The notes below the pieces were generated by a model that saw nothing but the letters and a program-made list of their open reading frames with translations, was not told the origin of the DNA and made no database searches. The position numbers were made by a program, and so were the translations under genes. From Candidatus Thorarchaeota archaeon (GTDB lineage: Archaea; Asgardarchaeota; Thorarchaeia; Thorarchaeales; Thorarchaeaceae), in contig JBHLRZ010000008.1 in assembly GCA_048882045.1 (NCBI GenBank), positions 32,001 through 96,000 on the forward strand: 64,000 bases of DNA, given 5' to 3'. Below, one piece after another: positions 37,493-46,528 of the stretch. Position 1 is the first letter of the stretch. Each line of letters starts with the position of its first letter.

Positions 37493-39088
37493 ATGACGAA
37501 AGACACATTCACATTCCAAGAACTAAAGAAGACGAACCACCGAGAAATCAAGGAAATCCAAGACAAAAAGTTTCGAGCCTTCATACGCTATCAGGTATGG
37601 CCAAATCATCCCTATTATCGTCAGCTCTTCAAGGACAACAACATTGATCCATTCAACATATCCTGTATTGAAGACTGGGCAAAATACAACATTCCTCTTG
37701 TAAAGAAGATAGACTACAGGGATAACATTCAGAAATTCGTCCTCAATCCGACCGAAGTAGATGGGAAGCAACGTGAATCTTCTGAAGCTATTGGGAACCT
37801 CATGAAGTATGCGAAAGAATCAGGTCACAATGAACTGGCTACATTCATTCGAAACAACGGGGCAAAGGTCAAGATTGGAATTGGAAGGGCTGCGGCAACT
37901 GCTCGAATAAAGGAACGAGCTACCTACCAGTTCTCACCCCTACAATTCTGGCTCAGTTCCGGAAGGGCATCCGGACTGCCGTCCCCGGTCTTCTTAACCC
38001 GGTATGACAACGACCTGCTATACAAGAACTGTGTGAAAGTTGGTCAAATGGCGATTGATCCCTTTGTCGATAGTGGATGGGAATTAACAAGTATGAATCT
38101 TTTTCCATATGCACCGCATCTTGGATGGCATGCAGTCAACCTAGGTCTCAAACAAATGTCAAAGTTTTATGTTGCCACAAGTGCTGGTGGGGCGATTCCT
38201 AGCGAAAGATTAGTCGACCTTGCTGGTCTATTCAATGTGAATGGCTTTGCTGGGATGCCAAGCTACCTGCGAAACAGATTCTTCAGATCAATGAAAGAGG
38301 CGACAGATTACAAAGCACCCGAACAGTGTGTCATGGTCCTTGCTGGAGAGAAAATCTATGAGCCCGCAGTTGATGATATGATTAACACACTGACAGAAAA
38401 AGGAGCAAAGGAGGTCAGAGTTGTTGGAGGATATGCGTCCTCAGAGAGTAAGATATCATTCGCAGTACAATGTGAAAGACATGGTCCCTATCATAATGTA
38501 TCTCCTCTGATGCTTGCCTTTGAACTTGTAAAGCTGAACGACGATGGGACATACGACTTCGTAGGAGAAGATGAGTCTGGTCACATGTGTCTGTTTCATC
38601 TTGATAGCACAGGTACTGTGTTTGAGGGATTCCTTCTAGGCGATGTTGCATCCCACCAAGAAAGGGGCAAGTGTCCTCTGTGTGAGTTCGATGGACCTTT
38701 CTTCTGGGACATCGGTAGAACAAATGACGCTCAAGCTCAGATCGATATAATGGGTCTCAGTGAGAAGAAAATCAAGGGTGCAACAGTAAATCTGACGGCC
38801 CTTCGTGAGCTATTACTCTCAATAAATGAAATTGAAGAAGTGCAGATCGAGGTGGCAAAAGAGGACATGTCTGACCCCTATTCGATGGATGTCCTAAACC
38901 TCTATGTTGCACCGCGAGGTCCTTTGTCAGGTAATCACAACTCTCTGATTCTCGATATTCAAAAGACAACCAAGACAAACACAGAGATTACTCCTGGTGT
39001 CACAATCATCGGCTTTGAAGAGCTTGTTGAACGAGCTGGTGGAATGAAATTCATGGAAATCATTGACAGCCGACCAAAACCTGCGTAA
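37493..39088 (+). CDS. Phenylacetate-CoA ligase (PaaK)-like adenylate-forming enzyme
   Basis: HPYYR.LF, IPLV.K, SSG..G.P, GMPSY, AGE, GYASSE, GD, GR, KIKG motifs. Confidence 0.78.
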   Translation: MTKDTFTFQELKKTNHREIKEIQDKKFRAFIRYQVWPNHPYYRQLFKDNNIDPFNISCIEDWAKYNIPLVKKIDYRDNIQKFVLNPTEVDGKQRESSEAIGNLMKYAKESGHNELATFIRNNGAKVKIGIGRAAATARIKERATYQFSPLQFWLSSGRASGLPSPVFLTRYDNDLLYKNCVKVGQMAIDPFVDSGWELTSMNLFPYAPHLGWHAVNLGLKQMSKFYVATSAGGAIPSERLVDLAGLFNVNGFAGMPSYLRNRFFRSMKEATDYKAPEQCVMVLAGEKIYEPAVDDMINTLTEKGAKEVRVVGGYASSESKISFAVQCERHGPYHNVSPLMLAFELVKLNDDGTYDFVGEDESGHMCLFHLDSTGTVFEGFLLGDVASHQERGKCPLCEFDGPFFWDIGRTNDAQAQIDIMGLSEKKIKGATVNLTALRELLLSINEIEEVQIEVAKEDMSDPYSMDVLNLYVAPRGPLSGNHNSLILDIQKTTKTNTEITPGVTIIGFEELVERAGGMKFMEIIDSRPKPA

Positions 39089-39163
39089 TGGTACTGGTCA
39101 CCAATTTCGTCGTCCTGCGGAGCAATTATATCTAACCAGAGGTTTTCCCATACATAGGAGGAT

Positions 39164-40126
39164 GTGCTGTTGGCTTTTGAAGACGGACTAGATATTGATC
39201 CTTCGCAACCACAAGAACAAGATTTTGTTCTCAATGCGACTGGACTCGTGTCGAAAACCTTTGGTCTTTGGACACGTAAGTTCGTGCAATATATTGTCCT
39301 CGTTGGTTTGGTATCTGTTGTCACTGTATTCTTGTCATTCATAATTGTGCTCACTTTGTTTAGCACAATCGGAGTACTACCAAGTGATCCATTCAACTAT
39401 CTATTCAGTATCTTTGCTCTTTCAACACCTCCTGATTTCACCTACTTTGCCTTAGCCATTGTTTTCGGAACAATTGTATTCATAATCAATGCGATCTTGA
39501 GCGGAGCTGCAATCAGATTTGCTCTTGACGATTATAGTGGACAGACTGCAGAAATTGGGGCTAGCTTCTCACATTCATTCGGAAAGATTGGAAGGATTCT
39601 AGCAGTTCAAGTGATTATGACACTCATTGTATCTGTTGTTATGGGTCCAAGTGCGGCCTTAATGATGCGAGCTTTGGAAGGCATTGATATTACTAATCCT
39701 GCCTTTCCAATCATTGACCCTGAGGCTATACAGTACATGATGATGGGATTCGGATTGTTTATTGGCGGAGGTATAGTAGTTCTATTCATAATAGTCCGAT
39801 TCGCTCCTGCCCTTGCCATCGTTATGGACACAGATCTGTCTGCAATAGATTCACTGAAGAAAGCTTGGGAATTGACCAGTGGGAATTTCCTGCACGTTTT
39901 TGGTGCTCAAATTCTCTTGGGCATAGCAATCGGTTTACTGAGTGCTATTATTACAATCCCGACCTCATTCATCCTGTATCTTGATCCTCTGGGTAGTGTC
40001 TTGAATGCGATATTCATCGGACTACTATTCAGTGCACCGAATCTGATTTACATTGCAGTTCTCTATAGAGATTTAATGGCCAGGGCAGGTCCTGTGGGGT
40101 CTGACCTCCCAGAGTATGTATTATAG
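39164..40126 (+). CDS. Polytopic membrane protein (DUF975/GDPD membrane-domain-like)
   Basis: Multiple TM segments; SAIDSLKKAWELTSGN and C-terminal LYRDL. Confidence 0.72.
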   Translation: MLLAFEDGLDIDPSQPQEQDFVLNATGLVSKTFGLWTRKFVQYIVLVGLVSVVTVFLSFIIVLTLFSTIGVLPSDPFNYLFSIFALSTPPDFTYFALAIVFGTIVFIINAILSGAAIRFALDDYSGQTAEIGASFSHSFGKIGRILAVQVIMTLIVSVVMGPSAALMMRALEGIDITNPAFPIIDPEAIQYMMMGFGLFIGGGIVVLFIIVRFAPALAIVMDTDLSAIDSLKKAWELTSGNFLHVFGAQILLGIAIGLLSAIITIPTSFILYLDPLGSVLNAIFIGLLFSAPNLIYIAVLYRDLMARAGPVGSDLPEYVL

Positions 40127-40140
40127 GAAGAGATGACGTT

Positions 40141-40158
40141 TGGGGGATTAGCCCCCCA
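40141..40158. terminator. Hairpin between convergent genes
   Basis: TGGGGG-ATTAGC-CCCCCA inverted repeat. Confidence 0.5.
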
Positions 40159-40164
40159 CATCAT

Positions 40165-41496
40165 TTACTTGAGTTTGTGTTTCTTGACGAACTCAGTCAA
40201 GACATCGTCCAGATTTGGTCTGCCTATTTCCTGCAGGTCATACTTGACTCTGACATTGGGTTTCTCAATCTTGATTACACGGTTGAGATCGATAGGTGTA
40301 CCAATCACAATTGCTTCAGCATCTGACTTGTTAATTGTCTGTTGAAGCTCGTCCATTTGCTTCTTGCCATAGCCCATAGCTGGTAGGACATCTTCCAGAT
40401 GACTATACTTCTCAAAAGTATCCTTTATGCTTCCAACTGCGAAAGGTCGTGGATCAACAATGAAAGCCCCCGCTTTTCTCGCGGCAATGTAGCCAGCACC
40501 GTAGGGCATTTCGCCATGTGTTACGGTTGGTCCATCCTCAACAACAATGACACGCTTACCTCTGATCTTTTCCATGTTCTCAATTGTGAGAGGCGATGCT
40601 GCATCAACAATCATAGCTTTAGGATTAGTAAACATGATATTCTCCCTGACTTCTTCCACATCCTCATAGTCTGCAGTATCTATCTTGTTGATCACAACTA
40701 CATCAGCCATCCTAAGGTTGGTCTCACCAGGATAGTACGATATCTCATGACCAGGTCTGAGTGGATCAGCAATGACAATCAGTAGGTCTGGCTTGTAGAA
40801 TGGGAAGTCGTTGTTTCCACCATCCCATGTGATTACATCAGCTTCTTTTTCAGCCTGCTCGAGAATCTTCCCGTAGTCTACTCCTGCATAGAGAATGACG
40901 CCCATGTTGATCATAGGCTCGTACTCTTCTCTCTCTTCAATCGTACAGCGATACTTGTCTAAGTCTTCCAGTTTTTCGTACCTTTGAGCAATCTGCGTAG
41001 TAAGGTCCGGATCATATGGCATGGGATGTCTGATGTTCACAGGTTTCAGTCCCATGTCAACAAGAATCTGATTGACTCGCCTCGATGTCTGACTTTTTCC
41101 GCAACCAGTTCGGACTGCACAGACTGCAACAACGGGTTTGTTGCTCTTAATCATCGTGAGGCTTGGACCCATAAGTCGGATGTCTGGACCAAGACTATTG
41201 ACCCATGCAATCTTGTTACCGACCACCTCGTAAGGAAGGTCTGAGTATGCAAGGATACATTGTTCAACATCAAATTCTTTGATGAGATCGGGTAGCTTCT
41301 CTTCAGGGTAGATCTTTATTCCCTTGGGATAGAGTGGTCCCGAGAGTTCTGGTGGATACATCCTGTCGCCAATTCCAGGTATCTGCTCAGCTGTGAATGC
41401 AACAACATCATAGTCATCGTTGTCGCGAAAATACGTGTTGAAGTTATGGAAGTCGCGACCAGCTGCTCCCATGATAATTACTTTCTTCTTACTCAT
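40165..41496 (-). CDS. arcE: Arginine synthetase (ArcE)-like P-loop protein (often labelled cyclic 2,3-diphosphoglycerate synthetase/GTPase)
   Basis: GAAGRDFHNFN, AVRTGCGKSQ (P-loop), RHPMPY, EEREEYEP, WDGGNND, EDGPT..HG, PAMGY motifs. Confidence 0.75.
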   Translation of the reverse strand: MSKKKVIIMGAAGRDFHNFNTYFRDNDDYDVVAFTAEQIPGIGDRMYPPELSGPLYPKGIKIYPEEKLPDLIKEFDVEQCILAYSDLPYEVVGNKIAWVNSLGPDIRLMGPSLTMIKSNKPVVAVCAVRTGCGKSQTSRRVNQILVDMGLKPVNIRHPMPYDPDLTTQIAQRYEKLEDLDKYRCTIEEREEYEPMINMGVILYAGVDYGKILEQAEKEADVITWDGGNNDFPFYKPDLLIVIADPLRPGHEISYYPGETNLRMADVVVINKIDTADYEDVEEVRENIMFTNPKAMIVDAASPLTIENMEKIRGKRVIVVEDGPTVTHGEMPYGAGYIAARKAGAFIVDPRPFAVGSIKDTFEKYSHLEDVLPAMGYGKKQMDELQQTINKSDAEAIVIGTPIDLNRVIKIEKPNVRVKYDLQEIGRPNLDDVLTEFVKKHKLK

Positions 41497-41822
41497 CGAT
41501 ATCTCCACTCCAAAAACTAGGGCGGAATTCAGGCACTCGACCCTAGAGTCACGTTAAAAAATGTCTGGTCCAGTCAAATCACAAAACTTCCACTTCCCGT
41601 CTCCAAAAATTCGGAGACTATCCCAAATAATGCTTCCTTCTATTTTTCGAGGGTAATCCGGGGAATTTGCGAATAGTCTTACTAGAATGTCTTTAATGTA
41701 GTATGTGAGTAATACGTCTGATTCATCATTTGGCAACCGTATAATGGAGAAAATACCAACCCATAAATACGAGCTGCGATAAGTATGATGGAAACCGCCG
41801 GGTTTCATGGGGTGCAGGTTTA

Positions 41823-42365
41823 GTGAAGCTAGTCGATCTGGCTCGGGAGTCAGTTAAGGTTCTACAGGAGAGAGGGGAGGAAGGAATCCGAAGTGACATT
41901 CTAGCTGAAACCCTAGATACCCCGAAACGACGTGTATATGACATAATCGCAGTATTGAAAGCTCTTGGACAAGTCACTACAACGCGGAAATTCGATGGGA
42001 CCATTGTAACCTGGGTCGATATGACTAAGGACTATGTACCTCGTCAAGCTCATGATGACCTGAAAGTCGTGATGGACCAGGAGAGTAGTGAACGTAAGAA
42101 ACTCCAAGTGCAGGTTGCTGAGCTCAAAGAGCAGGTTCGTATTTCCAAGTCAAAACTACGACGAGAGACTCAAGCTGTAGAAACCTCAGACAAGACAGAG
42201 TTCAATACGACTCAGATAAGAGTCCGAGCACTCTCAAGCAACGGAGTGAAGCGTGTTGAACATTCTGGAATAGAAGTCCTTATTGAAACTCACGAACCAG
42301 GAATGGTCGTTGATCCCGAAGAGAGAAAGGTCGATGAACAGGAAGCTATCATCAAAAACCTGTAA
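41823..42365 (+). CDS. E2F/DP-like winged-helix transcription factor with coiled coil
   Basis: LAETL..PKRRVYDIIAVLKALG...TW, then a heptad coiled coil and a beta-rich segment. Confidence 0.75.
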   Translation: MKLVDLARESVKVLQERGEEGIRSDILAETLDTPKRRVYDIIAVLKALGQVTTTRKFDGTIVTWVDMTKDYVPRQAHDDLKVVMDQESSERKKLQVQVAELKEQVRISKSKLRRETQAVETSDKTEFNTTQIRVRALSSNGVKRVEHSGIEVLIETHEPGMVVDPEERKVDEQEAIIKNL

Positions 42366-42374
42366 GCTCTTTTC

Positions 42375-42764
42375 TCAATTGCCTAGCCGTATTGTTACAA
42401 GACTTCCTCTTCTCACATTTGCCAGTTGATCTAGTTCGGAATCGTCAGAAGTTACCCTACCAAGTATGTTCACCTGACTGAAGGAATTTCCATCATTGAG
42501 GTAGATATCAAGAGTGTCTCCTAAGGGTTGATACGCGATATCTGCCCGTTTGACTTCCTTAGTTGGTTTCGCATTCCCTTTTGATATACCCAGAGTAATC
42601 TTCATCTCTCCACGCATCATAGCTGCACGACCTTCGAAGGGTAGTAAGGATTTGATTTCCTCAACAATAAGCGGCGCATAGATCCTGTTGATTACACCCT
42701 TGAGAATGAGTCCTCCCTCGAAGACAAAGTCAAGGATTAGGTCAGTATCACTAAGGTCTACCAT
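42375..42764 (-). CDS. Cyclophilin-like fold protein (DUF369 type)
   Basis: AP...I...LPF.G, EV...DIAY.P, VNILG motifs. Confidence 0.78.
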   Translation of the reverse strand: MVDLSDTDLILDFVFEGGLILKGVINRIYAPLIVEEIKSLLPFEGRAAMMRGEMKITLGISKGNAKPTKEVKRADIAYQPLGDTLDIYLNDGNSFSQVNILGRVTSDDSELDQLANVRRGSLVTIRLGN

Positions 42765-42847
42765 AGTAAATCATCGCAATCCGCTCCTAAAATCTCCTGC
42801 GATATGCCTAGCAGCAAAGCCTTAATTGGTCTAGAATCCAGCTTGAT

Positions 42848-43990
42848 TTGGAGAGGATTGGGCTGGCCTCCACCAAACTCGACATAGCATTTGTAGTAGA
42901 CACAACGGGTTCCATGAAGGACGATATTCAAGCAGTCAGGAATAGTCTCTTTGATATTGTCGAACATATCACTAAGAAGACTGAAGGTCTTGAGATTCGG
43001 TTCGGAGTCGTTTCATACCGCGACCATCCACCTCAAGATAGGTCCTACGTCACGAAAGTCTTCGACTTTTCAGAGAACATCAAGAGGGTGCACAAACTCA
43101 TATCCTCTTTGAATCCATCTGAGGGTGGTGACACTCCTGAGGCTGTGGCAGATGGGCTCTTTGATGCTCGTACCAAACTCTCGTGGGAAACCGATGCATA
43201 CAAGGTCTTACTCTTGGTAGGTGATGCTCCTCCTCATGGAAGAAAATACAACAGCATTGGTGATGATTATTTCCCTGAAGGCTGTCCGAAGGGGCATGAC
43301 TCAATCGAAGAAGTGCAGCAGTTCCGAAGGGATTATGGGAGTACAATGTTTATCTTCGTCTGTGGATGCAACCCTCTGGTAGAGGAGTCATTCAGAAACA
43401 TTGCCTCCTCTGTTGAAGAAGGCAAGTACTACTCTTTGTTAGAAGCTCATGAGCTTCCTGAGGCTATCATAGGGATCCTTGAAGGAGTTAGTGACCTCAT
43501 TGAGGCTGATAGGAGAGTCCTCTCCTATTACGAAGCCAATGATGGCGTCTTTGATATGGGTGAGGCTGCTTCAAATCTTTCACTTGAGCTGAGAGCGTTG
43601 AAAACCAGTCTATCTCGATTACTCGAGCTAGGACGAATTTCTCGATGGCCAAAAGGAAAACCACTTTCAACCTCTTCCACCGACCTAGCAATTGAACTTG
43701 GAGCTGTACCAAACAATATCGTTGCAGGAAAAGCCTTCAATTATTCAATTCGAGTGAAGAATCCTGGTGCAACAACAGTTGGCATTAGGGTAATCGCTTC
43801 TCTTGTTACATCTGATGGTGTATCCGAGGTCACAAATGAACATCATGAGATAAGTTCGAAGTCCGACCGAATTCTCGAGCTGAACTTGATACCTATGACT
43901 GACACGAAAGGAAAGGCTAGACTACGTGTCGAAGTCTTTTATGGGTCCCGATCTGTTGCTACGGAAATTTACGACACACGAATCTTTTGA
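42848..43990 (+). CDS. vWA-domain protein with winged helix and Ig-like C-terminus
   Basis: Intact MIDAS-like DTTGSM, YRDH, GGD.PEA, GDAPPHG; HTH-like segment; final beta-sandwich. Confidence 0.85.
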   Translation: MERIGLASTKLDIAFVVDTTGSMKDDIQAVRNSLFDIVEHITKKTEGLEIRFGVVSYRDHPPQDRSYVTKVFDFSENIKRVHKLISSLNPSEGGDTPEAVADGLFDARTKLSWETDAYKVLLLVGDAPPHGRKYNSIGDDYFPEGCPKGHDSIEEVQQFRRDYGSTMFIFVCGCNPLVEESFRNIASSVEEGKYYSLLEAHELPEAIIGILEGVSDLIEADRRVLSYYEANDGVFDMGEAASNLSLELRALKTSLSRLLELGRISRWPKGKPLSTSSTDLAIELGAVPNNIVAGKAFNYSIRVKNPGATTVGIRVIASLVTSDGVSEVTNEHHEISSKSDRILELNLIPMTDTKGKARLRVEVFYGSRSVATEIYDTRIF

Positions 43991-44003
43991 TGGAGGATAC
44001 CAG

Positions 44004-45128
44004 TTGAAACTGCATGTACGAAGAGGACGGAACCAACAAGGTCTGTCTTTTCTTTCATCAGACGTGTCTTCTGGTATTTTTGAAATGAAACTCGATGAGA
44101 GGCGAGTAATCCTTGATGTCCGGTCATCAGAGAAGGTACCTTCTGGTACAGTGATTATTGATTCTCGCATTTCTGATCTTTTCGGTATACCTGATGATAG
44201 TGAGGTTTTCCTTAATCCAGTGTCCAATAAACAACCATCCTGTACTGAGGTCCATCTGGGAGTAGTATCGACTCGAGGCTTAGATAACGAGAAAGTCGCC
44301 CGTGCAATGTCCAAAAGAATAGATGATTTTCGAGAGTACCTCGAGGGTCTGATTATCTTTGAAGGACAGTCTTTTACAATTGAGGATTTCGGAATCAACT
44401 TGTATGTCTTCTCTTTGAATCCTAAAGATTCCTCAACAGGTTCTGCACAAATCACATGGGATCAGCTTCTGAAAATCCATCTTGCTCCTATGGATTCTCG
44501 TCCATTCAACCTCTGCATACTCGTTGAAACTGCAGCTGCTTCTCAGATTGTTGATGTAGCAACCCATGATGGACAGATTTCTCGTCTTCAAGCCATACGG
44601 TATGCAATCTCAACATTGGAACAAAAACTGACTTTGCAAAAAGACATGTTGTTTTCTGGATTTGCATTCTCTGATGAAATAGTCATATTCAGAACATTTG
44701 ATTCTCAGACCGGTGAAGAAACAGGAGTGTCTACTTTTCATTCTCCTTCACTATTGAGATCATTTGGCGAGTGGATTACCGAATTCGCTTCAGGAAACGA
44801 AAAATCTCCCTCTAATCCTGGAGAGGCTCTCAAACAGGGACTGGCCATAGCCTCCTCTCATACAGAAATAAATGGACTACAAACTGCCATTTTGTTTTTC
44901 TCCAGCGGGGTGTATTCAGCAGGCCAAAATCCTGTTAAGATTGCACGAACAGTGGGTAATTCTGAAAAGCTGGTATTATTCGCAATTTCTATGGGATCTG
45001 GCTCAGTCACTGACCTCATGGAAGCAGTTGCAGAAGAGGGAGGTGGTGCATTTATCCACATTGACAGAGATGAGAAGACTGAAACTATTGTTGAAACTAT
45101 TGAAAAGACACTCTTCAGTAAGAGGTGA
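44004..45128 (+). CDS. CDC48-N-like plus degenerate vWA protein
   Basis: Aligns by eye to 50794-52110 (PFN.C, SRL.A, DSQTGE). MIDAS replaced by ETAAAS. TTG start at 44004 behind GGAGG. Confidence 0.75.
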   Translation: MKLHVRRGRNQQGLSFLSSDVSSGIFEMKLDERRVILDVRSSEKVPSGTVIIDSRISDLFGIPDDSEVFLNPVSNKQPSCTEVHLGVVSTRGLDNEKVARAMSKRIDDFREYLEGLIIFEGQSFTIEDFGINLYVFSLNPKDSSTGSAQITWDQLLKIHLAPMDSRPFNLCILVETAAASQIVDVATHDGQISRLQAIRYAISTLEQKLTLQKDMLFSGFAFSDEIVIFRTFDSQTGEETGVSTFHSPSLLRSFGEWITEFASGNEKSPSNPGEALKQGLAIASSHTEINGLQTAILFFSSGVYSAGQNPVKIARTVGNSEKLVLFAISMGSGSVTDLMEAVAEEGGGAFIHIDRDEKTETIVETIEKTLFSKR

Positions 45129-45133
45129 AAGCA

Positions 45134-46264
45134 ATGAGCAGTGATATCATAACTCGACTTCAAGCACTTTACCATAGTGGAGACATCACGGGTTATATCC
45201 ATTCAAACCTCCCCGTAGACTTATTGAAAACTGGATGGATCGAAAAGGGGCTGCTTTCAAAGGGGATGAGAGGTCAACTTCGTGACAAACACAATCAAGA
45301 ATCTCTTATCATTCCTGCTGATAGATTCACACGACTTACAAGAGATATGACTAATACTGGCTATGCAAGCATTGCTATCATCGGCTCAAAGGGTCTAAGA
45401 GAGGGCAAATTCGCCGCGATGGTCTATGAGAACAAAAATGTCCAATCCCTGATTGCATTTCGCATCCAACACAAAACGCCTCTTGAGATAATCCAACTCT
45501 TCCTACAAGTGCTAGGTGGAGAAATATCCAACCTTCGTGATGAACCAAACCTCGACTATGTGGAACAAATCAGAATCGACACAGGTGAAAGGATTGTCGA
45601 AGACGCTTTGGTCATTTCTCTCCCGAAGGAAATTATGAAAATTTCGGAGTGGATCAAAGCTACAATCCAAGAGAAGTCTTCTGAAAGTATTCTTCTTAGA
45701 CACGGATCTTCGAAGGAGCTAGTTGTGTTTTCAGCACTTCTTACCAGATGGGTGACTAGTCTGGAGCTTTTCCGTGAAACTCGGTCAGCTATAGCAGCAT
45801 GTGTGTTCGTCAAAAAGAAGCAAATGGATGTCTGTTTCTGGGACTCGTCTCAAAAGATTGCTTCTTTTGCTAGTATTGGAAGTGCCAATATTGAAGAACT
45901 CGGAAGGAAGTATCTTATCCCCCTTTGGATGGTTCCTGGTGATAGTCTGAAACCACTCCCTAAAAAGAAAGAAGTAGTAGTAGAACCTCGACTAAGTAAG
46001 ACGACAAAATTGCAGAGAGAAGAAGAAACTACAGTTGATACAGGGATAAAGGTATTGAGTCGCCGTTTGGATCAATTATCTGGTCTAGAGTCTAAATTGG
46101 AATCCCTCGAAACAAGATTACAAACAAGTTCGAACACACAGTCTTTGGACAAGGGAAGCCTCGAAGCTCTGCAGAGCAGGCTATCAGAAAACATCGACAG
46201 AATAGAAATCCTTAGCAAACGCCTGATTGAGCTGGAGAGACGAATCAAAAAGATATCGGGGTGA
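45134..46264 (+). CDS. Hypothetical protein with C-terminal coiled coil
   Basis: Operonic ORF of about 376 aa; heptads in the last ~70 aa. Confidence 0.75.
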   Translation: MSSDIITRLQALYHSGDITGYIHSNLPVDLLKTGWIEKGLLSKGMRGQLRDKHNQESLIIPADRFTRLTRDMTNTGYASIAIIGSKGLREGKFAAMVYENKNVQSLIAFRIQHKTPLEIIQLFLQVLGGEISNLRDEPNLDYVEQIRIDTGERIVEDALVISLPKEIMKISEWIKATIQEKSSESILLRHGSSKELVVFSALLTRWVTSLELFRETRSAIAACVFVKKKQMDVCFWDSSQKIASFASIGSANIEELGRKYLIPLWMVPGDSLKPLPKKKEVVVEPRLSKTTKLQREEETTVDTGIKVLSRRLDQLSGLESKLESLETRLQTSSNTQSLDKGSLEALQSRLSENIDRIEILSKRLIELERRIKKISG

Positions 46265-46270
46265 TCCTGC

Positions 46271-46528
46271 ATGGCTGACGACTATTCAGAGATGATTAGA
46301 AAATTGGAAACTCAAGTTCGTGAACTAGAGATGATTCAGCAGCGAGCCTCATCTCTTGAAGCAATGATTGAGATGAGTTCGGATTCCCTAGACCTCCAAG
46401 ACATTATTTCCAGAATTAACAGAGTTCAAGATCTAGTTGACAACATCGAGATTGAAGTGGATAAACTAGAGATGGGTGTTTCATCTATCGAGCATGTTGG
46501 CTTTCGTCTCAGGACTGGAGGTCAGTAG
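46271..46528 (+). CDS. Small coiled-coil protein
   Basis: 85 aa, two heptad helices; SD GGGGTGA. Confidence 0.7.
   Translation: MADDYSEMIRKLETQVRELEMIQQRASSLEAMIEMSSDSLDLQDIISRINRVQDLVDNIEIEVDKLEMGVSSIEHVGFRLRTGGQ

Noticed and set aside
40165-41496. Cyclic 2,3-diphosphoglycerate synthetase (cpgS)
   Set aside because: The N-terminal GAAGRDFHNFN and RHPMPY motifs fit the ArcE-type branch better, and no 2-phosphoglycerate kinase gene is adjacent.
43926-44003. Track start for the second vWA gene, overlapping the upstream gene by 65 bp
   Set aside because: A TTG at 44004 behind GGAGG gives a non-overlapping start that aligns with the paralogue's first strand.
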